A DNA stretch of 63,111 bases, counting the filler, from Olpidium bornovanus S191 (lineage: Eukaryota > Fungi > Olpidiomycota): the NCBI GenBank assembly GCA_017911155.1. It is 28 parts of 28 records of this genome, joined end to end, with 100 filler letters (N's around TTAATTAATTAA, not from the genome) between each part and the next. Parts side by side here need not be neighbours in the genome. Positions count along the whole stretch, not along the records: positions 11,522 to 14,197 come from JAEFCI010012168.1; positions 14,298 to 15,505 come from JAEFCI010004164.1; positions 15,606 to 17,314 come from JAEFCI010008739.1; positions 17,415 to 18,987 come from JAEFCI010009757.1; positions 19,088 to 22,234 come from JAEFCI010001991.1; positions 22,335 to 23,686 come from JAEFCI010011798.1; positions 23,787 to 25,490 come from JAEFCI010007830.1; 21 more parts are not named here. One strand, written 5' to 3'. The notes beneath the pieces were generated by a model, which did not search any database, had not been told where the DNA came from, and saw nothing but the letters and a program-made list of their open reading frames with translations. A program made the position numbers and the translations under genes. Position 1 is the stretch's first letter. Every line of letters starts with the position of its first letter. Shown piece after piece: positions 14,098 through 25,590 of this stretch.

Positions 14098-17000
14098 GTA
14101 CGGCCGCCAACCATTTATCCGCGGTTTTTGTGGATCCAAGACCGAGGTCTTTTCTCACGTTTTAAACTTTTCCGCCTTTTTACGTTGTTGCGGCTGTNNN
14201 NNNNNNNNNNNNNNNNNNNNNNNNNNNNNNNNNNNNNNNNNTTAATTAATTAANNNNNNNNNNNNNNNNNNNNNNNNNNNNNNNNNNNNNNNNNNNNCAT
14301 GGAGCCGTGGCTCGTCCGGCTTGCCCGGGGCAGCTTCGTCGTAGTCGCTCTACGACGAGGTGCTTCGACGAATTGCGGACGCCCCGCCCGGCGGTCAACG
14401 ACACCGCAGAGGCAAAAACGGCACTGCACCTGCCGTTGCCGAGTTCTAACCGTTTGCGTCGACCAGACAGAATTATGTCATTTAGCTTTGCCGCGGGGCC
14501 AAGACCGTTTGAAATGAGCAAGGCTGCATTCCAGCGTTTTTCAAGAGCTCGCGTCCCGAGCGGGATGCCTCGGAAGCGTAGCCTCATTTTACCTTGATGT
14601 CATAACCTGCTTGGTCATTCAACCTTCGCTTTGCGTTACTTATGCGAATTTAAACCTTCATTTTGCGTTGCTTATGCGAAATCGAGTACCGAATGTGGGC
14701 GTTCTTTCAACTATACCGATCCACAAACATCTCCTACATGTGCAGACGCCGTAGAGCTGCGCAAAGGCGGGCTACGAAGTCAACAATGGGGACATCCGAA
14801 CGTGTCTAACCGCAAAAAATTGGCGCCCGTCTCACGAGAACATCGAAAGCGGCGCAGAAATTTTCCGGCGCTGTTGCGAATTGCGCGACAACCGCCTGCG
14901 GCATGGTCCGCCCAAAAAGGTGCAGGAGCGCCAACATGTGCAGAGGGGGGGCGACGGTGCTGCGCAGAGCGCAGCCGCGGAACCACGGCGCTGAGTGCAC
15001 GGAGCGCGTTACTGCACAAAGCACTGCCCGGACACTTTCCTCGCGCTGTCCCCGCGCTTAGTCAGGTTGAGCCTGGCCTTTGTACCGGTGTTAGGTGCAC
15101 GCGCGGCGGTTTCACACTGACAATTGCGTTTTTCCGGTATGGTGCAGATTTTTTTCTTTTTTTTTTCTTTTTTTTTTTTTCGGGTGCCACCGCCACAAAA
15201 GGGCGAACTTTTCCCGAGCCAAAAAGTGCGGTTTTCGCAGCCGTGCTGCTTTCAGTTGACGTTTGAGAAGAATAGTGCGGCGATCGGGCGCAGATGGTCA
15301 GAGGAGCTTTGGGAAAGCTCTCCTGGCCAGCGTCTATGGCACCCGTGGACTCCCCGGAGAACCCGGTCAGGGATATAACTATGTGGTCACATGACCTCCT
15401 ACGCGTGTACGGTTGTTTTCATACCTTTGGAGCGCTTCTTCCGGTTCCTTTTCGAATCCGTCTGGAGGGGGTATGAGAAGGGTGTCTGCCACGCTGTGCG
15501 CCGCCNNNNNNNNNNNNNNNNNNNNNNNNNNNNNNNNNNNNNNNNNNNNTTAATTAATTAANNNNNNNNNNNNNNNNNNNNNNNNNNNNNNNNNNNNNNN
15601 NNNNNCATGGAACTACGCGACCTCTGATCCGGACAACCGGTGTGGGGATAGGTTTGGCTGCGACCACCTCCCTCACCATTTCATCAATGTTTTCGTCAAC
15701 CAACAATTTCGCACGATAATTAGCACAATGAATTGCTTGAGTATTTCACCCCTCTACGTGGTAGACCCCTGGAAGGAAAATATATGAGCGACGCTGTCTC
15801 CAAACTACACCACACGAAAAAAATTGTCGTGCCTTCCCCGGCGTCAGAAGATATAATAAATTCGGTCGGCATCCCATCGTACCGTCCACCGATTGCACGA
15901 CCGTCCGATAACATGGCGAGCAGCTCAACCAATCCCGCGCAGATATGTACAGGAAGAGCGTAAAGGCCCCCGGCGTGGTAGCCCTCCCTGCCACCCCAAA
16001 TCATTTAGGGCGAGGCCCAATTCCATTGGGGACTCCACAGGGCGCTCCGAGGCAGGCGGCGAACAAGCGTTTTTGCTCGTGCGTCCGTTTGGTGGCGTCA
16101 AACGGCTCGTTGCAGAGGCGGGAACCGTCGCGGACTGGCGGAGGCCAATCGAAAGCGAGTCGGTCTGTCAGGCCTACGCACGGCTCATCATGTCACAGAG
16201 AATTCGGTGGCTGTTGCGCAAAGGTGGGGCCTGGCTCTACCTGAGTCGGTTCGCCAGGCTTACGCACGGGTCTAGGCCCATGGCTGGCGGCTGTTCTTGG
16301 TAAATCTGACGTGCGTAAGGTTCGTTTAGCGGACGTGTCGGGGGCGCAAGATGTGGAAGCGTCGAATCACTCCAAACGTGACTGTGCGCCGGCGAAGAAC
16401 TGCTGCGAATAATGTTGTTCCCGCCTGAACGAGAAATGCTCGATGACAAAGAATACGGGTATGACAATGACAACCTTGCGGCAGCTATCGCGGATGGCGC
16501 GGGGCGAATCCATGAGGGGCGAATTTGCCGAGCCAATGGGACCCATTTACTTTCTCGTTTTGGTCTAGGTGAAATCCGACAGACGGTTATGGAAAAGACG
16601 GGAAAGGTTGCTACAGCTACCCATGTTCATGTGCAGACCATGCGCGCGACGGAGCATTACGCCGAGCCACTTGCAAGCTCTGTTGTACTAGGTTCAGAGC
16701 GTGGACTGAAGCCCGCGCGAAAATGGTGGAAAGGCGAGCAGATGACGCCAGAGCATGTAAGGGTGTAAGGTACGTGACATCGTCGTTTGAACGAGCGCGG
16801 AGTCATTTGCAATTTGCTGGATATCCGGCCAAGGTGTTCGTCGACAAAAAAGAGAAGAGCACGAGCTCAGGGCGCCACCCCGGAAGAGCCCGAGAGGCGA
16901 CCGTGTCGAGGCGATACCGAGCCAATTATTGACACCCCGGACGGAGGAGGTGCAGGCAACATGAGGCGCGAGACCCAGGCGGGCTGCCCCGGGGAAACCG

Positions 17001-17414
17001 GCCGCAGTTTCCACCCAGCTTCAACTACCACCTGCCGTGGCACATCCGTACTCGGACCGCGAAGAACGTCGAGCTGATGTGGTGCCGACATTGGGGACGG
17101 GGCAACCTCCGCAGCACCGCTTAATTACGAGGTCCAAAAGGACTTCAATGCGCATGCATTTGTCGAAAAAATGGTTCACGAAGCTCGCGTTACCATGTCG
17201 CTCCGTCACTTCCTAGCAGCGTGTCAGGCCAGAGGAAATTGCCTGGGTGGTATTCGACGAAAGCGCGTGATGATTGTGGGCGCCCGCGTAGGAAAAGCCC
17301 ATCGACTGGAAAAANNNNNNNNNNNNNNNNNNNNNNNNNNNNNNNNNNNNNNNNNNNNTTAATTAATTAANNNNNNNNNNNNNNNNNNNNNNNNNNNNNN
17401 NNNNNNNNNNNNNN

Positions 17415-18987
17415 AGCAGGAAGGGCACTATTTATGCCCGTCGAGGTCGAGCGGAGGGGCAGAATGACGGCAGAGTCGCTCATCGACCTCGCGTCCGCAG
17501 ACGCGGTTGCAGCCGCGGCAGCCGCGGTTCCTTTCCTTCGCGGTCGTGGTCACCACGCGGGGCTCCGTACCACGCGGGTGCAGTATCTTCTTCCAAGGGG
17601 GGGATGACGGTTGGCGGGGGGTTTCCGCATGTGGCGCTGGGGGGGAGGGGGGAAGCTCTTTGATTGGCGGGCTTTGAGGGGGACTATTTTATTGGTCGGG
17701 CCCCGGGTTCGGGGGCCGTCTTGTCCCCGCCTCCGCCTCCGCCTCCCGCCCGCCGCCGCCTTCTGTGGCGTCCTCCTTGGCGGAGGGCAACGGTCGGATC
17801 GGGGCGAGGGCTGTGCCACAACACACAGACTCAGACTGGCGCTGATAGTGACGCCGAGAATCCCGCACCGCCTGATGAGTCCGATGACAACTCTTCTTTT
17901 CCTGAATTTGAATTTTCTGAATTTCCTGAATTTGGGCGCGCACCGATCCCGAACTCCCGCCCTTTTCTACCATTCCTGTTTTACTTTGCACATGGGTCGA
18001 TGACATTGTGCTCACGGGTCCCGCTCCCGCCATTCTCAATTCCGTCGCTCGCACACTCCAGGACAGGTTTCCTTTGTCGGACGGCGGAGCACTCACACAC
18101 ATCCTTGGGATAGAAGTGCTCCGCGACCGCAAAGCCAACGTTTTCCTCGCCCGGCGACAATACATCGAACACGTCCAGGGCCGGTTCAACCACACCAGCT
18201 GTCATGCCGATCCCGTTCCACTCGATCCATCCGCCATCTCCACCCTAACACAGCGGACAAATGTCGCCCCGGCAGCCGAAAAAGCACGGTATGCCAAACT
18301 AATCGGTTCCCTCATTTACCTGTCCACACGCACCCGTCCGGACATTGCCCCCGCAGTCAGCTTTCTAAGCAGCTTCACCGCCAAGCCGTCCGCCGCGCAT
18401 TAGCATGCGCTGATGCGCATACTGCGCTACCTTTGCGGCACGGCAGAATACGGACTCTGTTTTCCGCGGGCGCAATCCACTGACACCGCACCACACATTT
18501 GCGTGTACGTTGACAGCGACTGGGCCTTAGCTGTCAACGACAGAAAATCAATTTCTGGATACATCATCCAATTAGGCGCCCACAACATAGACCCCGACCG
18601 CCCAAAATCCTCCTGCGCATCTGTCATTTGGCGCAGCGGCAAGCAGCCGTGTATCGCGCAGTCTTCCACAGAAGCAGAGGTGATTGTGGCGTCAGAGGCC
18701 TGTCGGGAAATCTCGTGGTTCCGGCATATCAGCGAAGACATCCTCGGCGATTGCAGCCCAGTCCCACTTTACATTGACAACCACGTCGCGATTGACATCG
18801 CAAAAGACACGCGCAAAATTAATAAACGCTCAAAGCATATCGACGTCAGGCATCTTTACGTTGGCGAAGCCGCATCAGATGGAAAAATCCTTCCAATCGC
18901 CATTGCGTCAAAAGACAACGTCACCGATTTGTTCACTAAAGGTCTCCCGCGCCTCGACTTTGAGCGCCATCGACTCGCCATTGGGAT
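17415..18987 (+). mobile_element. Degenerate, internally deleted Ty1/copia retrotransposon (RT C-terminal half + RNase H)
   Basis: From ~17945: LLCTWVDDIVLTG...ILGIEV...YAKLIGSLIYLSTRTRPDIAPAVS...H*HALMRILRYL...VYVDSDWA...DRKSISGY...WRSGKQPCIAQSSTEAEVIVA...RSKHIDVRHLYV...VTDLFTKGL. In-frame TAG at 18401-18403. The N-terminal half of RT is absent upstream. Confidence 0.93.
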
Positions 18988-19087
18988 NNNNNNNNNNNNN
19001 NNNNNNNNNNNNNNNNNNNNNNNNNNNNNNNTTAATTAATTAANNNNNNNNNNNNNNNNNNNNNNNNNNNNNNNNNNNNNNNNNNNN

Positions 19088-19219
19088 ATCGGGGCTTGCT
19101 TTTGCATATGTGCTGGTCGTTCCTGACCCCGTGGGCGCGACAAAGCAAGGGAGTCCTTTATTCATCTAACCTAAAGTATCTTTTCCTCATTTTGAATTAC
19201 CCTTGCCCACCCTCCCCCT

Positions 19220-19271
<52 letters not shown>

Positions 19272-19276
19272 TTCCC

Positions 19277-19355
<79 letters not shown>

Positions 19356-22140
19356 CGGAAACCGAAAGGACGAGCGAGACGTACGCCGACGGCTTCGTCT
19401 GGCCCCCTCTATGGCCAGGAAGGTGAGGGGCGCCCGGCCGCGAAACCGAAGGGCAGGTGGCCGGTAGAGCTGCGGCGGCGCCCCCTTTCTCGCCGCCGAT
19501 TGGGAGGGAAGGACCATCCACTCCCCGCCTCCCCGCCTCCCCGCCCTCCCTCCGACCCGTCTCATAGTCCCGACCGCGCCAGTTTTTACCAGCTGCCCTG
19601 TCCGCGAAGGGACCAAGGACGGGCGAGAGTGCCGGTCCCGCCCAGGCGCAAGCAGCCGCTGTTTACGAGTACAAACCTCTTTCAGCCGCGCAGCAGCCTG
19701 CTGCTCCTCCAGATTCCGAAGACGAAGGTGAAGTCGACGACGACGACGACGAAGAAGAAGACGACGATGACGGCGACGAAGACGACGGCGACGAAGACGA
19801 CGGCGACGAAGACGACGGCGACGTCGAGAACGACGGCGAAGAGGATGAGGAGGACGAGGAGGAGGAGGAGGAGGAGGAGGACGACGACGACGACGATGAC
19901 GAGCCTGTTCTTCGACCGCAGAAGGCTGACAGCGGCGAATCCTCCGATGACGACGACGACGACGACGACGAGCCTGTTCTTCCACCGCAAAAGGCTGACA
20001 GCGACGAGTCTTCCGATGACGACGACGACGACGACGACGAGCCTGTTCTCCGACCGCAGAAGGCTGACAGCGGCGAATCCTCCGATGACGACGACGACGT
20101 AGCCTTGCACCGGATCAATTTATCGCGGCCGGCAGTCAGTTCGAAGCCCACGCGTGATAAAGGCCCGGTCTTGGCGGCTCCGCCCGCAAAAAGAATGCCG
20201 AAAACCCGCGAACGGTCGGGACGCAAAGGAACCGCCCCCGAACAACCGCCTTCCTCCCGGCGTCTAACCGGCGGCCGATCGCCTGCGGCGTCCCCTGTAC
20301 ACCGCCGACCGGCCCAGCTGGATTCCAACTCAGAAGACGACGCTCCGTTGCAGCGGAAGGAGAGGCGTGGATCGTCAATATCCTCCGGGCCAAATAATGC
20401 AGACGGGTATTCGGATGAGCACGAGGAGCCGGCTGAGAGGCGCGCGGCCGACGAATCGGCGGTCGCGGCGGTCCGGAAGAAGGCTTCCCGTCGCGCATTG
20501 GCAACGAAGCCGCCTCGGGGGCGAAAGGCGGTCAACCGGAAGAAAACGCCGGCCTACGCCAACTCCGACCATTATCATTCTCCTGCCGAAAAATCCGCTC
20601 CGCAGGAGAAACGCCGGAACGCCCCGGAGCCGAATGCTCCGGCTGCAGGACGGGCCGCCGCGCAGGTGACCGGGAGAGAAACTCCATTGCCGATCACGCT
20701 TCCCGACAGTGAGTCGTCCGACGAAGATGACAAGCCGCTGGCGAGGATGGAAGTTGTGAGTGACGAATTATTTCCGTCTTTTATAATTTCGTCTGTTGTC
20801 ACCGCTCACCTTCGTCTGTGCCCAGGCCCTTTTTTTATCATGTCGGAGAGCCACTGTTCATCGGCCTTTCTTTCATGCTAATTGCTCCGTTCCTCCTCTC
20901 TCTCCTTCTGTTTCTCATTCTCTTTCAACAAATCCGCAGGGAAATGTGGAAGGCAACTATGGTTATGGATTCCAGGGCCGGGGTGCGTATCGCGTCGCTC
21001 CCCAGTACAACCAGTACATTCCGATGGGACAGCACGGCCAGTTCATTGATCCGCGGGCGGGCGGCGGGATGTATGGGCCTCCTATGATGATGCTACCGCA
21101 CCCTGAGGCGTCGTTGGCACACGGCGGCGACAGAGGAGGGTCGAGGTCATCGTGGAGCGGGTCTCAGGCGTCCTGGTTTTACGACAGGGCGCCCGGCAGG
21201 TACGCCCCGAGCCTCCCAGGGCACGCCGACCACGGCGAGTACTATTCCGATGAGGAAGGGTACTCCGACGACGCCGGCGACTACTACTCTCGGCCGCCGC
21301 CTAGCTTGAACGGGGCCAACGCCCGGCCCGGCCCGCTCATCGCAGTGCCGCGGAAGCCGCCCCCGCCGCAGACGGGGCTCCTCGGCGCGATAACCGCTCG
21401 CGAGCGGGCGAGGGAGTCGCGGCACTGGCAGGCGGCCCCGCCCCAGGTCCGGCGGGGCGGACCCGCGGGGGAGGCGGCGGCGCAGTTGGCGAGGGAGAGG
21501 CACCTGGCCGAGCAGAGGGCCGCGTACCAGAGCGAGATGTCTCGGCGGTCGCAAACGGCAGCCCCGCCGGGGTTTCACGCGGCCCCCCGTGCCGCCCCGG
21601 GCTTCGGCGCTACCCACCTCTACGCTCCCGTCGCCAGCGGCGCGGCGCCGGGGTTCGCCTACAACGGCAACTTCGGAGGAGTACCCGTCTCCCAGGGCAA
21701 CGACCAAGGAGACGACGAGGACGACGACGTCGCCGTCGGCGCGATCTTGCAGGGCGCGGGACCCTCCGGTGCCGGCCCCGCGGCCGCTCCGCCCGCGATG
21801 AAAACCGCGCCGCCTTTCGCCGCCGCCGCCGCCCCGCCGAAAAAGGTCCCCGCGCCGCCGGCGAAGCGCCCGCCGTCCCAGGACGCCTCCGGCGCGCCCG
21901 GCGCCGGCGACCCGCTCGCCGGCGTGTCCGAGCAGCTCCGGGACGACTTCGCGAACTTCGTGGACGAGCGCCTCGTCATGCGCCGCGACGCGCGGGTTTC
22001 CGTCCCCGCGCTCTACCGGGCCTACGTCGGCTGGTCCATGAGCAAGCCGGTCGCCAACGGCGGCGGCGACGACGCGGAGCCCCAGATCCCGGACCAGAAG
22101 GTCGTCAGCGAGCTCATGGAGTTTATCATTGGCGGCCTCG
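19088..22140 (+). CDS. Large low-complexity multi-exon protein (acidic, Pro/Gly/Tyr-rich) with a possible C-terminal winged-helix-like domain
   Basis: An open acidic frame (19690-20760) is followed by a long exon 20941-22140 containing RKPPPPQTGLLGAITARERARE and a globular-looking end (RDDFANFVDERLV...LYRAYVGW). Both ends are uncertain. Confidence 0.6.
19880..20100 (+). repeat. In-frame coding tandem repeat, about three copies of a ~65-bp unit
   Basis: Unit GACGAC...GAGCCTGTTCT(T/C)C(G/C)ACCGCA(G/A)AAGGCTGACAGCG(G/A)CGA(A/G)TC(C/T)TCCGAT encodes D(n)EPVL(R/P)PQKADS(G/D)ESS. Confidence 0.9.
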
Positions 22141-22335
22141 GTTGCGACGACGGTTTCCGGTTTGCATTGTTGCTTCTACGTCGCCGCCAATGGAAATGAT
22201 TTATTTTGAACGTTATGTTTCTTTGGTCGTGCAGNNNNNNNNNNNNNNNNNNNNNNNNNNNNNNNNNNNNNNNNNNNNTTAATTAATTAANNNNNNNNNN
22301 NNNNNNNNNNNNNNNNNNNNNNNNNNNNNNNNNNA

Positions 22336-22405
<70 letters not shown>

Positions 22406-22415
22406 ACTCTTTTTA

Positions 22416-23540
22416 TTACGTCGGCCGGTTGCGAGCGGCGGGGGCGGGGGCGGCGGCGGCGGCGGCGCGGTGCGGGTTTGAGTTCCTCCAGAACGACGCC
22501 TGGCGGGCGGTGAGGCCGAGCGGGCTCGCGCACTGCAGGCTGACGCGCGGGTTGCCGGCGCGGTCGGTGTCGGCGGAGCGGACCCAGTACTCGGCCACCT
22601 CCCGGGGGAGCGCGCCCGAGCTGTCGCGGGCGCGCTCGTAGACGCCGTAGCCCGTGAGGCTGGCCGTGACGCCCTGGACGGCGACGACGAGGTGCGAGCG
22701 GTCGCCGTGCAGGATGTTGAGCGCGCGGCCGCGCACCTTCCGGGATGGCACCTTCTGCGGGTGGCTGTACGTCGGGCCGGCGTACGTCCGCGCGTCCTCC
22801 TCCTCCTCCTCCACATCCTCGCCCGCCGCCGCCGCCGCCGCCGCCGCCGCCCCCGGCGCGGCCGCGCCGCGCGCCGCCGCCGTCCCGCTGAGGTCCAGCG
22901 CGGCCAAGTCCAGGCCGAACCTCTCCGACAGGTAGTCGCGCGCCGGCGAAGGGCCCGCCGGCGAATGGCTCCGGAGGTCGCGCGGCGGCGAAGCCCGCGG
23001 CCGCACCACCGACTTCGCCCCCGGGTGCGTCAGGCGCAGGTTGAGGAAGCGGAGGCAGTGGCCGGCCGCCAGCTCGTCGAAGGGCGTCCCCTCGAGGCCG
23101 CGCGCCCGCTTGTACTCCGCCCACTCCCTCCTCAGCTCCCGGGCCCTCGGCCGCAGCTCCTCCCGCAGGTACCTCTGCCACCGCTCCGGGGCCATGGCGT
23201 CGACGCCCTCCGGGAACCTGTCCCTCGCGAACGAGGCCACCTCGTCCGCCGGCCTCGGGGCCCGCGCCCGCGGCTGCGGGGTGTTGCCGAAGTTCTCGAC
23301 GAACCGCCGCACGGCCTTGGCCTTCTTCTCCGCGTAGTGGAAGTTCGTGTAGTTGCACGGGTGGTCCATCTCCTCCAGCGTCACCAGATGGTGCCACACG
23401 GACCTGGGGTCGACCGTGCGCTTGAAGCCCCAGTCGCCGACCGCCCGGAAGCGGCCCTGGTTGTGCCACACCTGCGCGCGCTTGGGGTCGTGCGCCGCGT
23501 ACTTGGACGCGCGCAGCAGCTGCGCCATGTTGTGCTCCAT
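22416..23540 (-). CDS. MRP51: Mitochondrial small-subunit ribosomal protein bS1m (Mrp51-like)
   Basis: MAQLLRASK, GDWGFKR, TNFHYAEKKAKAVRRFVENFG, then YAGPTYS and VRGRALN...VVAVQGVTA. These follow the conserved block order of fungal Mrp51. The 374-aa ORF is uninterrupted. Confidence 0.72.
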   Translation of the reverse strand: MEHNMAQLLRASKYAAHDPKRAQVWHNQGRFRAVGDWGFKRTVDPRSVWHHLVTLEEMDHPCNYTNFHYAEKKAKAVRRFVENFGNTPQPRARAPRPADEVASFARDRFPEGVDAMAPERWQRYLREELRPRARELRREWAEYKRARGLEGTPFDELAAGHCLRFLNLRLTHPGAKSVVRPRASPPRDLRSHSPAGPSPARDYLSERFGLDLAALDLSGTAAARGAAAPGAAAAAAAAAGEDVEEEEEDARTYAGPTYSHPQKVPSRKVRGRALNILHGDRSHLVVAVQGVTASLTGYGVYERARDSSGALPREVAEYWVRSADTDRAGNPRVSLQCASPLGLTARQASFWRNSNPHRAAAAAAPAPAARNRPT

Positions 23541-23786
23541 CGTCGTCGGGGGGGGGGCGGCGGAAAGTCTCGGGCTCCGCGTGGCGCCCGGGCTTCGGCC
23601 GGTTCCTGCCGAGAGCAGCGGCAGCAGCTCCGCGCGGCCTCTGGCCCTGCTGATCCCTCGGGCGCGGGCGGGCGGGCGGGGGGGGGNNNNNNNNNNNNNN
23701 NNNNNNNNNNNNNNNNNNNNNNNNNNNNNNTTAATTAATTAANNNNNNNNNNNNNNNNNNNNNNNNNNNNNNNNNNNNNNNNNNNN

Positions 23787-24088
23787 CCATAGGAACTGGC
23801 AGTTTTGTAATTGTTCAGAACAAAGCAGTGGTCGGTATAATAGTTGTCCTTTTCTCTGTCAAAGTTTTTGAACTTGACAGTCATTACGTCCTTGGTAGGC
23901 CTCCATGCACCATTTTGTGACCACGAAAGCGTTCGTTTCTGTAAAATGACTTGTACGATTCCCATTGAAGTCGAGTTCATCTTAGTAAGAACTTGGAAAC
24001 TTCCATCATTTAATAATTTCATCCTGTCATAAGTATTTGAAGCATCTGACGTTCTAAAATAGATACAATCACGAGTACCAATGACCAT
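23787..24088 (-). CDS. Low-GC partial ORF of unknown origin
   Basis: About 100 open codons (MVIGTRDCIYFRTSDASNTYDRMKLLNDGSFQVLTK...) in a visibly AT-rich block, unlike the rest of the window. Confidence 0.3.
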
Positions 24089-24134
24089 GCAGCCTGAATT
24101 AGCTGGTCAGGCCCGGGATGAGCTTGGAGCACGC

Positions 24135-25120
24135 CGAGGCCGTCAACGGCGGGGGCGCAGCTGTGCGGTTCGCCGGTGGCGCCAGGTGGGCCGCTGCGAG
24201 GGACATGGCTTTTCACTGCGTGTCCGCAACCAGGGAGATTCGGAACACGGTCTAGTGGATGCCAGCCGACGAGCGGGGCCAACGGGATGTCGTAGCAGAA
24301 GCCCCGCGCCGGCCGGCGCTGGAGACTTCACGTGATAGGGCCGCGGGTATAAAAACCCGGGCCGACGCGCCGTTCTCCCGCCTGCGCTCCCTCCCCTGAG
24401 CTCGAAAAACCGCAGTTCTGCGCTCCCTCCCCCGAACTCGAAAACCGGAGGACTTGTGCCGTCGCTCCCCCGACCTCGGAAGCCGGAGGACCTGTGGCCC
24501 CTCACCGCCGTTCTCCCGCCTGCGCTTCGAAACGCGGAGGACTTGTGCGAGGGCGCGGGACGCGTTGCCACGCACCTCCCGCGTCCCTTTTTTTTCTCCT
24601 GCACCCTCCCACGCTTGGGACACTTTCTCCTCCAGTTTTACAAACATAGACTACAGAGCGCGCCCCCCGGGCCTGAACCGCCATGTCCCGCAACAATCGC
24701 CAACGGTTCCTCCCCATCGCGTCGCAGAGTTTGTTCGTCCTGGGATTTGGCTGCCACCAGTGGCAGTCCACGACGCCAAACGCACGCTTTTCTCTTTCCT
24801 CTGTGACCTCTGTTAACTATCTCTACTGTCTTCGAATCACAACTGCTCACTGCTAATTTCTTCTGGGTCTGTCTCCATTTTCGCACAGCAGCTTGTACAG
24901 TTCCCCATCAGTCGCTGCCGCTATAGGCGATTCACGAAGCTGAAAGTTCGTTACCTTTATCCTTTTTGTCTGGTTTTTTTTTGTTTTCCTATTTTTCTTT
25001 TTCTTTTCTCGCGCTCCTCACCACTGCTCTCTGCTCGCCCACCATGATCACGACTTCTTGCACTAATCTCCTCTGCATCTGTCTCCGGTTTCGTTCAACA
25101 GCTGAAAACAACGAGGATTG
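24135..25120 (+). repeat. Dispersed non-coding repeat, copy A (LTR-like)
   Basis: Aligns by eye to the reverse complement of 28679-28833 plus 29699-30440. Shared blocks include ACATGGCTTTTCACTGCGTGTCCGCAAC, GGAGACTTCACGTGAT, TATAAA(A/T)ACCCGG and GTTAACTATCTCTACTGT(C/T)TTCGAATCACAACTG. Confidence 0.9.
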
Positions 25121-25590
25121 CCCAACAGCTGATCACAACGAGGCTCTGGTGGGGGACGTGCTGCGTAGCGAAGGCTAGACGTAGAGGTAGTGCTGCCTGT
25201 CATCTCGACACCCGTTGTCTCAACACTGTACCTTAAATGCTTTTCCTCGAAGAGCCTGTTGGAGTGCTCTTCGACAGATCAACTGGTGACAACAGACGCG
25301 CTCTCCGTAGCGCCCGTATCACCCGTACCGACTTCGCTTTGATGCGCACATTGAAGCGCCCGCCCTGGTGGGCTGGACGGCTTCCCCGGGGGGGGGGGTG
25401 TATCGAAACCCTTCCCCCCCGGGGAGTGCGCCCACAGGCGAATTCGCGCTTCGCCCTCACCCGACAATATCAGACGCTTTCCACCTTCCGNNNNNNNNNN
25501 NNNNNNNNNNNNNNNNNNNNNNNNNNNNNNNNNNTTAATTAATTAANNNNNNNNNNNNNNNNNNNNNNNNNNNNNNNNNNNNNNNNNNNN

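Noticed and set aside
14298-17314. Coding potential in contigs 14298-15505 and 15606-17314 (and 4787-6050)
   Set aside because: Short plausible frames exist (e.g. SLYDEVLRRIADAPP*, MLFPPEREMLDDKEYGYDND) but no motif could be recognised and splice structure could not be fixed. Left unannotated pending BLASTX.
17872-17892. Hammerhead-ribozyme-like CTGATGA-GTC-CGAT-GAC
   Set aside because: The required GAAA after stem II is missing (GACAAC) and no stems I/III are evident. It is explained by the coding string PDESDDN.
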